From the IMG/VR virus record IMGVR_UViG_2654587746_000005: a stretch of DNA of 35,651 nt. The stretch is one strand, 5' to 3'. The notes below the pieces were generated by a model. It ran no database searches. It saw only the letters and a program-made list of their open reading frames with translations, and had not been told where the DNA came from. Of this stretch, positions 18,455 through 28,460 are shown one piece after another (position 1 is the first letter of the stretch; the number at the start of each line of letters is the position of its first letter). Both the position numbers and the translations under genes were made by a program. The stretch comes from a virus. Lineage: Duplodnaviria > Heunggongvirae > Uroviricota > Caudoviricetes.

Positions 18455-18880
18455 TCAATCAGGTGTTGACTGACTCTGAACGTAGGCTCTGAGCGTTTCA
18501 ATCGTTGCCCCTCCGGTGCTACAGACAAAGTACGATCTCGACCACAAAAGCCCCGTTTTACTCTGCATACGTAAATGCGCGTTCTGCTGGCGTAGCAAAC
18601 GTGATGATACCGATTTTAAATTATTGACCATCACACTGACCGCCAGTTTTGGCGGGTAGGCCACCAGCAGGTGTACATGGTCTGGCTCCCCGTCCATCTC
18701 AATAATTTCGCATTCAAGCTTTGCCGCAGCGGAGCCAAAAGCCTCACGCAACTGAGCGATCATCTGACTGTCGAATAGTTTGCGTCGATACTTTGTCGTA
18801 AAAATAAGGTGCACAACCAGCTTACTGACACTGTGTCGTTTGCGGAGAAATCCCGCCAGTAAATCATCATGATTACTCAA
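18455..18880 (-). CDS. tnpA: IS200/IS605 Y1 (HUH) transposase TnpA
   Basis: 141 aa with the HUH motif (HVHLLV) and a C-terminal catalytic Tyr region (RSYFVCSTGG). Size is typical. Confidence 0.85.
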   Translation of the reverse strand: MSNHDDLLAGFLRKRHSVSKLVVHLIFTTKYRRKLFDSQMIAQLREAFGSAAAKLECEIIEMDGEPDHVHLLVAYPPKLAVSVMVNNLKSVSSRLLRQQNAHLRMQSKTGLLWSRSYFVCSTGGATIETLRAYVQSQSTPD

Positions 18881-18936
18881 TTGATATATTCACCTAAAGT
18901 GTTAAAATAAAAGCATTATATCAATGAGCGCTGACT

Positions 18937-20106
18937 ATGTTAAGAGCAACAAAAGTACGCATCTACCCGACACCAGAACAGGCTGAATTTATCAACGCCC
19001 AGTTCGGTGCAGTGCGTTTTGCGTACAACAAAGCTCTGCATATCAAGAAACATTCTTACCAGCGGCACCGCGTAAATTTAAACCCGCGTAAAGACCTCAA
19101 ACCACTGCTTGCAGTGGCGAAGAAATCCCGCCGGTATGGATGGCTTAAAGAATATGATTCTATTGCGTTGCAGCAGGCGGTAATTAACCTCGACGTGGCT
19201 TTTTCTAACTTTTTCAATCCGAAACTGAAAGCAGGTAAACCTACCTTTAAAAGTAAACACGGCAGACAATCGAGCTATCATTGTGTTGGCATAAAAGTCC
19301 TTGATGGTGCGATAAAAATACCGAAAATCTTGCCGATTGAAGCGCGTTTACATCGTGAAATTACGGGAATGCTGAAAAGTATCACGTTGAGCCGCAGCGC
19401 AACCGGGAAATACTACGCGTCGTTACTCTGTGACGACGGGATGGAAGCGCCGGCAAAGCCCGCACTGATATCAAATGTGACAGGGCTGGATATGGGGCTG
19501 GCGCATTTTGTCATCAAATCGGACGGCAATAAAATTGCCAGTCCCCGCCACCTAATCAATGCAAGTCGCAACCTGCGCCGGAAGCAGAAAGCACTGTCCC
19601 GTAAGAAAAAAGGGAGCGCAAACAGGCGCAAAGCCAGAATACAACTTGCAGCCGTTCACGAACGGGTAGCCAGTGCCCGTGCCGATTTCCAGCACAAGTT
19701 ATCTCGCGCAATTGTTGACGAAAACCAAGCGGTAATTGTCGAGACATTGAAAACGGCAAATATGATGAAAAATCACCATCTGGCTCGTGCGATAGGCGAT
19801 GCTGGATGGTCTGGATTCATCACAAAACTGGAATACAAAGCAGCAGAGAAAGGTGTGCATCTGGTGAAACTGGATCAATGGTTCGCCAGTTCGAAAACCT
19901 GCCACTGCTGCGGTCACAAAATGTCGGAGATGCCATTACATAAGCGCATCTGGCAGTGTCCAGAGTGTGGAGTTGAACATGACCGCGATATCAACGCGGC
20001 GCTCAACATCAAACGCAAGGGCATACTGGAATTACAAGCGGCGGGACTCGTCGTTTCTGCCCATGGAGGCCAGCGTAAATCCGTCACACAGACGGTTGCG
20101 GCTTAA
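18937..20106 (+). CDS. tnpB: TnpB (OrfB) RuvC-like RNA-guided nuclease of IS605 family
   Basis: 389 aa with an N-terminal OrfB region, RuvC motifs and a C-terminal zinc finger (CHCCGHK...CPECGVEHDRDINAALNI). Confidence 0.85.
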   Translation: MLRATKVRIYPTPEQAEFINAQFGAVRFAYNKALHIKKHSYQRHRVNLNPRKDLKPLLAVAKKSRRYGWLKEYDSIALQQAVINLDVAFSNFFNPKLKAGKPTFKSKHGRQSSYHCVGIKVLDGAIKIPKILPIEARLHREITGMLKSITLSRSATGKYYASLLCDDGMEAPAKPALISNVTGLDMGLAHFVIKSDGNKIASPRHLINASRNLRRKQKALSRKKKGSANRRKARIQLAAVHERVASARADFQHKLSRAIVDENQAVIVETLKTANMMKNHHLARAIGDAGWSGFITKLEYKAAEKGVHLVKLDQWFASSKTCHCCGHKMSEMPLHKRIWQCPECGVEHDRDINAALNIKRKGILELQAAGLVVSAHGGQRKSVTQTVAA

Positions 20107-20257
20107 GAAGTGGGAAGCCTCGCCCGACAGGGCGGGGAGCAGTCACACCGTCGTATGTTGATTATTGCGATGTTTCATCTTATCTTTTATACGTTTGCTC
20201 CATATAATTGACACTACTGTGTACCAGGACAGTCATAACAGACTAAAAGAGGAAATG

Positions 20258-20431
20258 ATGAACATTGAAGAGTTAAAAACAAAAACAGAAGCAGATATTT
20301 CTGAATATATAACAAAAAAAATCATTGAGCTTAAGAAAAAGACCGGGAAAGAAGTTACCAGTATCCAGTTTACTGCACGGGAAAAAATGACTGGTCTTGA
20401 AAGCTATGATATCAAGATTGATTTAATCTAG
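20258..20431 (+). CDS. GnsA/GnsB-family small protein
   Basis: MNIEELKTKTEADISEYITKKIIELKKKTGKEVTSIQFTAREKMTGLESYDIKIDLI matches the recalled Gns family (57 aa). Confidence 0.75.
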   Translation: MNIEELKTKTEADISEYITKKIIELKKKTGKEVTSIQFTAREKMTGLESYDIKIDLI

Positions 20432-20726
20432 CATGTTTATAGTATTAGCATCAATTTCTCATCAGATGCTATTCAACAATACAAATTACTCATAAACCTC
20501 GTTTTTACGGGGTTTTGTTATATTTAAACATTACCGAATAGATATAAATCTCGATTGTCGATGGTATTGGTTGTGTGACAATACCTAGTCTTTCCGGTAT
20601 GCCTGAAGAGAATACAAACGACAGATTATGTAAGGGAAACGCGCTGAAACTTTCACTCTTTCATGCTGAGTGATTTGACGTTATATTTTTAGCCGCAAGT
20701 GAAGAGCAAACGAATGGAGCGACAAA

Positions 20727-20933
20727 ATGCATAAAGATCAATACACTGATGCCCCCTCCCAGGAGCAGGTTCGTGTAAAAACTATGCTTAATAGCACCAT
20801 TTCGATGGGTTACCCGGATGTTGTAATTGCATGTATAGAACATCAAGTATCTCTGGAAGCATTCAGGGCAATTGAGGCCGCGTTAGTAAAGCACGATAAG
20901 AATACGAAGGATTATTCCCTGGTGGTTGACTGA
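20727..20933 (+). CDS. Conserved lambdoid right-arm small protein (68 aa) preceding cos
   Basis: Sequence (…[38 protein letters not shown]…YSLVVD) resembles the recalled small ORF near the right end of lambda. Function unknown. Confidence 0.5.
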   Translation: MHKDQYTDAPSQEQVRVKTMLNSTISMGYPDVVIACIEHQVSLEAFRAIEAALVKHDKNTKDYSLVVD

Positions 20934-21284
20934 TCACCATAACTGCTAACCATTCTGACCATTTCACAAGTGACAGAGTCAATATCGTATTCTGTCACTG
21001 TAAGGCTAATACAGTACTGCAATTCAACTACAGCAATGCCTCGTATTTAGGTGAATTTACAATATCGTCCAGTTCGGATGCCGGCTGCATTTCTGAAGAT
21101 AAGGCATTTCGGTTCGCGTATTTTCCCCTCATGCTCGTCAGTCCTGCGCGTAGTAAGAAACAGGACACTCACACTAATTTGTGTGGGCATGCTGTGATGT
21201 CCTTCTGAATTATCCCCATGCCATTATGTAAAGCTCTGTTTCAGATGCTCGTCACGGTTGTCAGGCTGTCGGGTCCTCCCAGTG

Positions 21285-21330
21285 GGGGTCCCTGCCACGG
21301 GGCGGGAGCGTCGCGGAAAAAGGCTAGTTT
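21285..21330. other. Putative cos site (cosN-like GC-rich element GGGGCGGGAGCGTCGCGG) upstream of the small terminase gene
   Basis: Resembles recalled lambda cosN (GGGCGGCGACCTCGCGGG) and lies about 170 bp upstream of terS, with an R-site-like TTCGTCAT downstream. Confidence 0.45.
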
Positions 21331-21485
21331 TTGAAATTTTATTCGTCATCACCACTACTGTAATTGATTGATATTACAGTTGTTTTATTTTTATGGTGTC
21401 GATTCTGATTGTTTTTTGTTCATCACTAACACCGTTTGCCTAAAGTTGTTCGCAAGATGCATGTTTAAAACATTCTGGAGCGGGT

Positions 21486-21980
21486 ATGGATCGAGAGTTA
21501 AAAAATCTGACGCTGAATATCAGTCAACTGGCGGCATTGTCAGGTGTACATCGCCAGACTGCTGCGGCAAGGCTGCAAAATCTACCCGTTGCAGGGGGGC
21601 ATGAAAGCAACCTCAAGCTTTATCGGGTGGTTGATATTGTGTCGGCATTTCTGGCATTACCACCGCCGGTTGCAGAAGGCGAAATGGACGCGCATGAGCG
21701 CAAAGCCTGGTATCAGTCTGAACGTGAGCGTCTTAAGTTCGAACAGGAAACGGCACAACTCATTCCGGCCAGTGATGTCAGACGGGAGTTTGCCATCTGG
21801 GCAAAAGCGGTCGTGCAGGTGCTGGAGACATTACCGGATATTCTTGAACGTGACTGCGGTCTGCAGCCTGCCGCTGTGAGCCGTGTTCAGTCCATTATTG
21901 ATGATCTGCGCGATCAGATAGCCCTGCGGGTGACTGAAGCAGGTGCGGATGATGAGGAGGAATTACAGCAGGAGGAGTAA
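21486..21980 (+). CDS. Terminase small subunit (Nu1-like)
   Basis: 164-aa ORF immediately upstream of, and overlapping, the large terminase. N-terminal HTH-like segment (LNISQLAALSGVHRQTAAARL) and an acidic C-terminus. Confidence 0.7.
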   Translation: MDRELKNLTLNISQLAALSGVHRQTAAARLQNLPVAGGHESNLKLYRVVDIVSAFLALPPPVAEGEMDAHERKAWYQSERERLKFEQETAQLIPASDVRREFAIWAKAVVQVLETLPDILERDCGLQPAAVSRVQSIIDDLRDQIALRVTEAGADDEEELQQEE

Positions 21981-24082
21981 TGCTGAATCAGGAAACCGCA
22001 AAGGCAGCACGAACCGATTCAGGTTATATCCTTCGCGCACCGAGACGAATGCGGGTTGCTGATGCCGTTGCTCAGTATATGCGGGTGCCCATGGGGGCAG
22101 GGAACTCAGTCCCGTGGGATCCGCTGGTGGCACCGTATGTTATTGAGCCTATGAACTGCCTGGCCTCGCGTGAATACGACGCAGTGATATTTGTTGGCCC
22201 GGCACGAACCGGCAAGACTATCGGCCTGATTGACGGCTGGGTGATTTACAACGTGATTTGCGATCCTGCTGATATGCTGATCATTCAGATGACGGAGGAA
22301 AAAGCCCGCGAACACTCCAAAAAACGACTCGCCAGAACGTTTCGCGTCAGCCCGGAAGTGGTCAGTCGCCTGAGTCCGAACAAAAATGACAACAACGTTT
22401 ATGACAGAACATTCCTTGCTGGCAACTACCTGAAAATCGGCTGGCCGTCAGTCAATATCATGTCTTCATCAGATTATAAATGCGTGGCGCTGACGGATTA
22501 TGACCGTTTTCCGGAAGATATTGATGGTGAGGGGGATGCCTTCTCTCTTGCCTCAAAACGTACCACCACATTTATGTCCAGTGGTATGACGCTGGTGGAG
22601 AGTTCCCCCGGCAGGGATGTGAAGGATGTGAAATGGCGACGGACTTCACCGCATGAGGCTCCACCAACCACGGGGATCCTGTCGCTCTATAACCGTGGCG
22701 ATCGCCGTCGCTGGTACTGGCCCTGTCCACACTGTGGTGAGTATTTTCAGCCCTGCGGCGATGTGGTTGCTGGTTTCCGTGATATTGCCGATCCTGTGCT
22801 GGCAAGTGAGGCGGCTTATATTCAGTGTCCTTCCTGTTCAGGACGGATTTTGCCTGAACAAAAACGCGAGCTGAACGGACGTGGGGTCTGGTTACGGGAT
22901 AGTGAATCCATCAATGCAGATGGCAGTCGTTATGGTGATCCCCGGCGTTCACGTATTGCGTCATTCTGGATGGAGGGTCCGGCAGCTGCTTATCAGACAC
23001 TCTCGCAACTCGTTTACAAACTGCTTACTGCAGAACAGGAATACGAGACAACCGGAAGTGAAGAGACACTCAAGACGGTTATCAATACCGACTGGGGATT
23101 ACCTTATCTTCCCCGCGCCAGCATGGAGCAACGAAAAAGTGAATTGCTTGAGCAGCGGGCAGAGCCAGTTCCTTCCCGCAGTGTGCCGGATGGCGTTAAT
23201 TTCCTTGTGGCGACAGTGGATGTGCAGGCGGGACGTCATCGCCGTTTTGTGGTTCAGGTAACGGGCTATGGCAGCCGTGGCGAACGCTGGATTATTGATC
23301 GTTACAACATCACGCAGTCATTGCGCGGTGACAGCGACGGGGAGAGCCAGCGAATTGATCCGGCCAGCTATCCGGAAGACTGGGATGTCCTGCTGACGGA
23401 TGTTTTTCATAAAAGCTGGCCGCTGGCCTCCGATCCTTCTCAACAAATGCGACTGATGGCAATGGCGGTGGACTCCGGCGGTGAAGACGGGGTCACTGAT
23501 AATGCCTATAAATTCTGGCGTCGTTGCCGTCGTGATGGCCTTGGTAAACGTATTTACCTGTTTAAGGGCGACAGCATCCGGCGCGCAAAACTGATCACCC
23601 GTACATTCCCTGATAACACCGGACGAACGGGCCGACGGGCGCAGGCCGCAGGTGATGTACCGCTCTGGCTTCTTCAGACGGATGCCCTGAAAGACCGGGT
23701 GAATAACGCGTTATGGCGTGACTCGCCAGGTCCCGGCTATGTGCATTTCCCTGACTGGCTGGGGAGCTGGTTTTACGACGAACTGACGTATGAAGAGCGG
23801 AGCAGTGACGGGAAATGGAGTAAGCCGGGTCGCGGTGCCAACGAAGCTTTTGACCTGATGGTGTATGCCGAGGCTCTGGTCATTCTGCATGGATACGAAA
23901 AGATCCGCTGGCCGGATGCACCGGAGTGGGCGAGCCGGGAAACCTGGCTGGAGTGTGTCCCGGACAGTACCGAACCGTCACCCACACCGGAACCGGTATC
24001 CACGCCTGTTAAAAAACAAAAACGGAAGAAAACAGTAACTGACGATGTTAACCCCTGGCTGACTTCCGGAGGATGGTTATGA
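21980..24082 (+). CDS. Terminase large subunit (lambda gpA-like)
   Basis: 700 aa with a Walker A-like motif (VGPARTGKT), a zinc-binding CPHCGE motif as in lambda A, and a nuclease domain. Confidence 0.9.
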   Translation: MLNQETAKAARTDSGYILRAPRRMRVADAVAQYMRVPMGAGNSVPWDPLVAPYVIEPMNCLASREYDAVIFVGPARTGKTIGLIDGWVIYNVICDPADMLIIQMTEEKAREHSKKRLARTFRVSPEVVSRLSPNKNDNNVYDRTFLAGNYLKIGWPSVNIMSSSDYKCVALTDYDRFPEDIDGEGDAFSLASKRTTTFMSSGMTLVESSPGRDVKDVKWRRTSPHEAPPTTGILSLYNRGDRRRWYWPCPHCGEYFQPCGDVVAGFRDIADPVLASEAAYIQCPSCSGRILPEQKRELNGRGVWLRDSESINADGSRYGDPRRSRIASFWMEGPAAAYQTLSQLVYKLLTAEQEYETTGSEETLKTVINTDWGLPYLPRASMEQRKSELLEQRAEPVPSRSVPDGVNFLVATVDVQAGRHRRFVVQVTGYGSRGERWIIDRYNITQSLRGDSDGESQRIDPASYPEDWDVLLTDVFHKSWPLASDPSQQMRLMAMAVDSGGEDGVTDNAYKFWRRCRRDGLGKRIYLFKGDSIRRAKLITRTFPDNTGRTGRRAQAAGDVPLWLLQTDALKDRVNNALWRDSPGPGYVHFPDWLGSWFYDELTYEERSSDGKWSKPGRGANEAFDLMVYAEALVILHGYEKIRWPDAPEWASRETWLECVPDSTEPSPTPEPVSTPVKKQKRKKTVTDDVNPWLTSGGWL

Positions 24083-24291
24083 ATCAGAATGATATTGAAG
24101 CCATGATTCAGCGTTATACGGAAGCTGAAATGGCGGTGCTGGACGGAAAATCCGTCACTTTTAATGGTCAGCAGATGACCATGGAAAACTTATCTGAGAT
24201 CCGGCAGGGGCGGCAGGAGTGGGAGCGCCGCCTTGCGGCTCTGATTACACGACGACGGGGGCATCCCGGGTACCGGCTGGCGAGGTTCTGA
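24079..24291 (+). CDS. W: Head-tail joining protein W-like
   Basis: About 70-aa ORF between terminase and portal, overlapping both (ATGA / TGATG). Ends with an RRRG motif like lambda W. Confidence 0.65.
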   Translation: MNQNDIEAMIQRYTEAEMAVLDGKSVTFNGQQMTMENLSEIRQGRQEWERRLAALITRRRGHPGYRLARF

Positions 24292-25799
24292 TGGCAATTC
24301 TTGATGATGTGATTGGCGTTTTTTCACCAGGATGGAAAGCGGCAAGGCTGCGTTCCCGAGCGGTGATCCAGGCTTATGAGGCCGTAAAAACGACGCGGAC
24401 ACACAAAGCCCGACGGGAGAACCGAACTGCCGACCAGTTAAGCCAGTACGGGGCCGTGTCGTTACGTGAGCAGGCCCGTTACCTTGATAACAACCACGAT
24501 CTGGTCATTGGTGTATTTGACAAGCTGGAAGAACGGGTGGTGGGGAAAAATGGGATTATTGTCGAGCCACATCCGGTATTACGCAATGGTGCCATTGCCC
24601 GTGACCTGGCAGCGGAGATACGTACCCGATGGAGTGAATGGTCTGTCAGTCCGGAAGTCACCGGGCAGTTTACCCGTCCGATGCTGGAACGTCTGATGCT
24701 GCGTACCTGGCTGCGCGATGGTGAGGTGTTTGCCCAGATGGTTTCCGGGCGCATAAACAGCCTGACGCCTTCTGCCGGTGTTCATTTCTGGCTGGAGGCG
24801 CTCGAGCCGGACTTTATTCCCATGACCAGTGATGAGAGCAACAGGCTGAATCAGGGCGTGTTTGTTGATGACTGGGGGCGTCCCGAAAAATATCTGGTGT
24901 ATAAAAGTCGTCCTGTATCCAGACGGCAGATGGAAACCAAAGAAGTGGATGCAGAGCGAATGCTGCATCTTAAATTTGTTCGCCGTCTGCACCAGATGCG
25001 CGGGACGTCTTTATTGTCCGGTGTGCTGATCCGCCTCAGCGCCCTGAAAGAGTATGAAGATTCTGAGCTGACTGCAGCAAGGATCGCCGCTGCTCTGGGG
25101 ATGTACATCCGGAAAGGCGACGGACAGAGCTATGAAACGGATGGTAATGACAGCAAGGAGAACGAACGCGAGCTTACCATTCAGCCAGGCATTATTTACG
25201 ACGATCTGAAACCCGGCGAAGAAATCGGAATGGTGAAGTCGGATCGTCCCAATCCTAACCTTGAAACTTTTCGTAATGGTCAGTTGCGTGCCGTGGCGGC
25301 GGGCAGTCGTCTGAGTTTTTCCAGTACGGCACGCAACTATAACGGCACTTACAGCGCCCAGCGTCAGGAACTGGTTGAGTCTACTGATGGCTACCTGATC
25401 CTGCAGGACTGGTTTATTGGTGCCGTCACCCGCCCGATGTATCGTGCCTGGCTGAAACAGGCTGTGGCATCCGGTGTTATCAGGCTACCCCGCGATCTTG
25501 ACCGTTCTTCACTGTATACCGCGGTGTATTCCGGACCAGTGATGCCGTGGATTGACCCTGTTAAGGAGGCTGAGGCCTGGAAAATCCAGATTCGTGGTGG
25601 AGCGGCGACAGAATCAGACTGGGTACGTGCTGGTGGTCGTAATCCGGATGATGTCAAACGTCGGCGCAAGGCCGAAATTGATGAAAACCGCAAGCTGGAT
25701 CTGGTATTTGATACCGATCCGGCCAGTGATAAAGGAGGCAGCAGTGCCGCAACGAAACGACAGGAGCCGCAGCACACCGACGACCAGTCCGAAGAATAA
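24291..25799 (+). CDS. B: Portal protein (lambda gpB-like)
   Basis: 502-aa ORF in the lambda gene order, with size and position typical of a portal. Confidence 0.85.
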   Translation: MAILDDVIGVFSPGWKAARLRSRAVIQAYEAVKTTRTHKARRENRTADQLSQYGAVSLREQARYLDNNHDLVIGVFDKLEERVVGKNGIIVEPHPVLRNGAIARDLAAEIRTRWSEWSVSPEVTGQFTRPMLERLMLRTWLRDGEVFAQMVSGRINSLTPSAGVHFWLEALEPDFIPMTSDESNRLNQGVFVDDWGRPEKYLVYKSRPVSRRQMETKEVDAERMLHLKFVRRLHQMRGTSLLSGVLIRLSALKEYEDSELTAARIAAALGMYIRKGDGQSYETDGNDSKENERELTIQPGIIYDDLKPGEEIGMVKSDRPNPNLETFRNGQLRAVAAGSRLSFSSTARNYNGTYSAQRQELVESTDGYLILQDWFIGAVTRPMYRAWLKQAVASGVIRLPRDLDRSSLYTAVYSGPVMPWIDPVKEAEAWKIQIRGGAATESDWVRAGGRNPDDVKRRRKAEIDENRKLDLVFDTDPASDKGGSSAATKRQEPQHTDDQSEE

Positions 25800-25812
25800 T
25801 TCCTGGTTCAGG

Positions 25813-27771
25813 ATGCAGGCTGGTCACCAGAGTGACGCGGATATTTATATTTATGACGAGATTGGTTTCTGGGGTGTTACAGCGAAGCAGTTTATCAGTG
25901 ATCTGAATGCACTGGGCGATATCACCCACATTAATCTCCATATTAATTCACCGGGTGGCGATGTCTTTGAAGGCATCGCCATTTTTAATGCGCTGAAAAC
26001 ACATGGTGCGTCCATTACCGTTTATGTCGACGGTGTGGCGGCGTCAATGGCGTCGGTCATTGCGATGGTGGGAAACCCGGTCATTATGCCGGAAAACACT
26101 TTCATGATGATTCATAAACCATTTGGCTTTACGGGCGGTGATGCGGAGGACATGCGCACCTATGCCGACCTGCTCGATAAAGTTGAGGCGGTTCTGTTAC
26201 CCGCTTATGCACAGAAAACCGGGAAAACCACCGATGAAATTGCTGCCATGCTGGCGGATGAGACCTGGATGTCCGGTGCCGAATGTCTGGCACATGGATT
26301 TGCTGATCAGGTAACGCCAGCCGTTAAGGCAATGGCATGTATTCAGTCAAAACGTACAGAGGAATTTAAAAAGATGCCGGAATCCATTCGAAACATGATT
26401 ACTCCGCCACGCAACAGTGCTCCACGCGTACAGGATGATGAACCTGCAGCCTCCCGGACGCCAGTGCAGGCAGCCGCACCCGTGGTGGATGAAAACAGTA
26501 TCCGTGCGCAGGTACTGGCAGAGCAAAAAGCGCGTGTAAACGGTATTAATGATCTGTTTGCCATGTTTGGCGGGCGTTATCAGACGCTGCAGGCTCAGTG
26601 TCTTGCCGATCCTGAATGTTCGCTGGAGCAGGCCCGCGAAAAGCTGTTGAACGAGATGGGGCGCGAGTCCACGCCATCCAATAAAAATACCCCGGCTCAT
26701 ATTTATGCCGGTAACGGTAATTTTGTGGGGGACGGGATCCGCCAGGCGCTGATGGCGCGTGCCGGATTTGAAAAAACCGAACGTGATAATGTCTACAACG
26801 GGATGACCCTGCGTGAATATGCCCGTATGTCACTGACTGAACGGGGTATTGGGGTTTCCAGTTATAACCCGATGCAGATGGTCGGTGCGGCGTTCACACA
26901 CAGTACGTCTGACTTCGGTAATATTCTGCTGGATGTTGCGAACAAAGCCATTCTGCAGGGCTGGGAAGATGCTCCTGAAACCTATGAACAGTGGACGCGG
27001 AAAGGTCAGTTGTCTGATTTTAAAATTGCCCATCGTGTGGGTATGGGGGGCTTCAGTGCTCTGCGTCAGGTGCGTGAAGGGGCGGAATATAAATACGTCA
27101 CCACCGGAGATAAACAGGCCACTATTGCACTGGCGACCTATGGCGAGCTGTTCAGTATCACCCGTCAGGCCATTATCAATGATGATCTGAATATGCTGAC
27201 CGATGTCCCGATGAAGCTGGGCCGTGCGGCGAAATCCACCATTGCCGATCTGGTTTATGCCATTCTGACGTCTAACCCGAAAATCTCCACAGATAATGTA
27301 AGTCTGTTCGATAAAGCGAAACATGCAAACGTACTGGAGAGCGCTGCAATGGACGTGGCATCGCTGGATAAAGCCCGCCAGTTGATGCGCGTTCAGAAAG
27401 AGGGGGAGCGTCATCTGAATATTCGTCCTGCGTTCGTACTGGTACCGACGGCGATGGAGTCTGTTGCTAACCAGGTCATTCGCTCCTCAAGTGTCAAGGG
27501 GGCTGACATTAACGCCGGTATTATTAACCCGGTGAAAGATTTTGCGACCGTTATTGCAGAGCCTCGTCTTGATGATAACAGCCAGACCACCTTCTACCTG
27601 GCTGCGTCCAAAGGCTCCGATACGATTGAAGTGGCTTATCTCAACGGTGTGGATACGCCATATATTGATCAGATGGAGGGCTTCAGTGTGGATGGCGTGA
27701 CAACGAAAGTGCGTATTGACGCCGGTGTCGCGCCAGTTGATCACCGCGGTCTGGTGAAATGTACGGCGTAA
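25813..27771 (+). CDS. Fused prohead protease (ClpP/S49-like) - scaffold - HK97-fold major capsid protein
   Basis: The N-terminus has ClpP-like motifs (INSPGGDVFEG...GVAASMASVIAMVG), followed by a coiled-coil linker and a C-terminal capsid domain. This matches the Gifsy-2-type fused head gene (recalled). Confidence 0.85.
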   Translation: MQAGHQSDADIYIYDEIGFWGVTAKQFISDLNALGDITHINLHINSPGGDVFEGIAIFNALKTHGASITVYVDGVAASMASVIAMVGNPVIMPENTFMMIHKPFGFTGGDAEDMRTYADLLDKVEAVLLPAYAQKTGKTTDEIAAMLADETWMSGAECLAHGFADQVTPAVKAMACIQSKRTEEFKKMPESIRNMITPPRNSAPRVQDDEPAASRTPVQAAAPVVDENSIRAQVLAEQKARVNGINDLFAMFGGRYQTLQAQCLADPECSLEQAREKLLNEMGRESTPSNKNTPAHIYAGNGNFVGDGIRQALMARAGFEKTERDNVYNGMTLREYARMSLTERGIGVSSYNPMQMVGAAFTHSTSDFGNILLDVANKAILQGWEDAPETYEQWTRKGQLSDFKIAHRVGMGGFSALRQVREGAEYKYVTTGDKQATIALATYGELFSITRQAIINDDLNMLTDVPMKLGRAAKSTIADLVYAILTSNPKISTDNVSLFDKAKHANVLESAAMDVASLDKARQLMRVQKEGERHLNIRPAFVLVPTAMESVANQVIRSSSVKGADINAGIINPVKDFATVIAEPRLDDNSQTTFYLAASKGSDTIEVAYLNGVDTPYIDQMEGFSVDGVTTKVRIDAGVAPVDHRGLVKCTA

Positions 27772-27857
27772 ACGTCGCAGACAACAACTCTGATGGCCCG
27801 TAAGGGCTTTTTTTGTACCTGAAATCAGCCTCTGAACGGGGCTGTGCGGAGACAGTT

Positions 27858-28181
27858 ATGGCAAAGAATTTTGTAGAAGAAGGAAAAACGGTGGCGATTG
27901 TTGCCAGTGCAGCCATCAGCAGCGGAGATCTGGTGCAGGTGGGTGATGTTTTTGCGGTGGCGCTGACCGATATTCCACAGGGTGAAACAGGCGACGGCAT
28001 GACCGAAGGTGTGTTTATCCTGCCTAAACTGAAAACGGATGACATGAAAACGGGTAAGAAGGTTTATCTGAAGTCCGGAAAAGTTCAGCTGACTAACAGC
28101 GGCTCTGATCCGCTGGTCGGGGTTGTCTGGGCAGATGCCGGAACCAGTGCAGAAGAAGTGCCGGTAAAACTCAATGTCTGA
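27858..28181 (+). CDS. Small head-associated protein (DUF2190-like / decoration-like), 107 aa
   Basis: Position immediately after the capsid gene. Gly-rich beta-type sequence. Family call is from recall and weak. Confidence 0.45.
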   Translation: MAKNFVEEGKTVAIVASAAISSGDLVQVGDVFAVALTDIPQGETGDGMTEGVFILPKLKTDDMKTGKKVYLKSGKVQLTNSGSDPLVGVVWADAGTSAEEVPVKLNV

Positions 28182-28449
28182 TCCCTTTTCCCGGCTGGCA
28201 GCGCGTATGGATGCGATCACGGTCAGAAAGATGGGAAAGACAGCCTCGATTAATGATGTCGATATGGCTGTGATCCCGGGCGAAACACTGGCAGAGCTGA
28301 ATGCTCTGTCCGGACCTGCGGTCTCTCTGGTGGTGTTTTCTTCGGGATACCGCCCACGGCGCGGGGATCGCGTTGTTTATGACGGACAACAATGGACGGT
28401 CACACGGCATGAACGTTTTAACGGTAAGCCAATGATCTTTATTGAGTAA
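28174..28449 (+). CDS. Head completion / head-tail connector protein (FII-like position)
   Basis: 91-aa ORF between the head genes and Z, overlapping its upstream neighbour. Confidence 0.45.
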   Translation: MSDPFSRLAARMDAITVRKMGKTASINDVDMAVIPGETLAELNALSGPAVSLVVFSSGYRPRRGDRVVYDGQQWTVTRHERFNGKPMIFIE

Positions 28450-28460
28450 AGAGGTGTGGG

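Larger units (their letters stand above)
18380..20165 (+). mobile_element. IS200/IS605-family insertion sequence (divergent tnpA and tnpB) with subterminal imperfect hairpins
   Basis: Y1 transposase and TnpB genes are flanked by related GC-rich hairpins (left CTCGCCCAATGCGGGCGGGG about 18400..18423; right CTCGCCCGACAGGGCGGGG about 20119..20140). Exact ends are not determined. Confidence 0.8.

Noticed and set aside
26343-27414. Minus-strand ORFs of 73-194 aa inside the capsid fusion gene
   Set aside because: They are fully nested antisense within a strongly supported structural gene and have no RBS or homology. Treated as artefacts.
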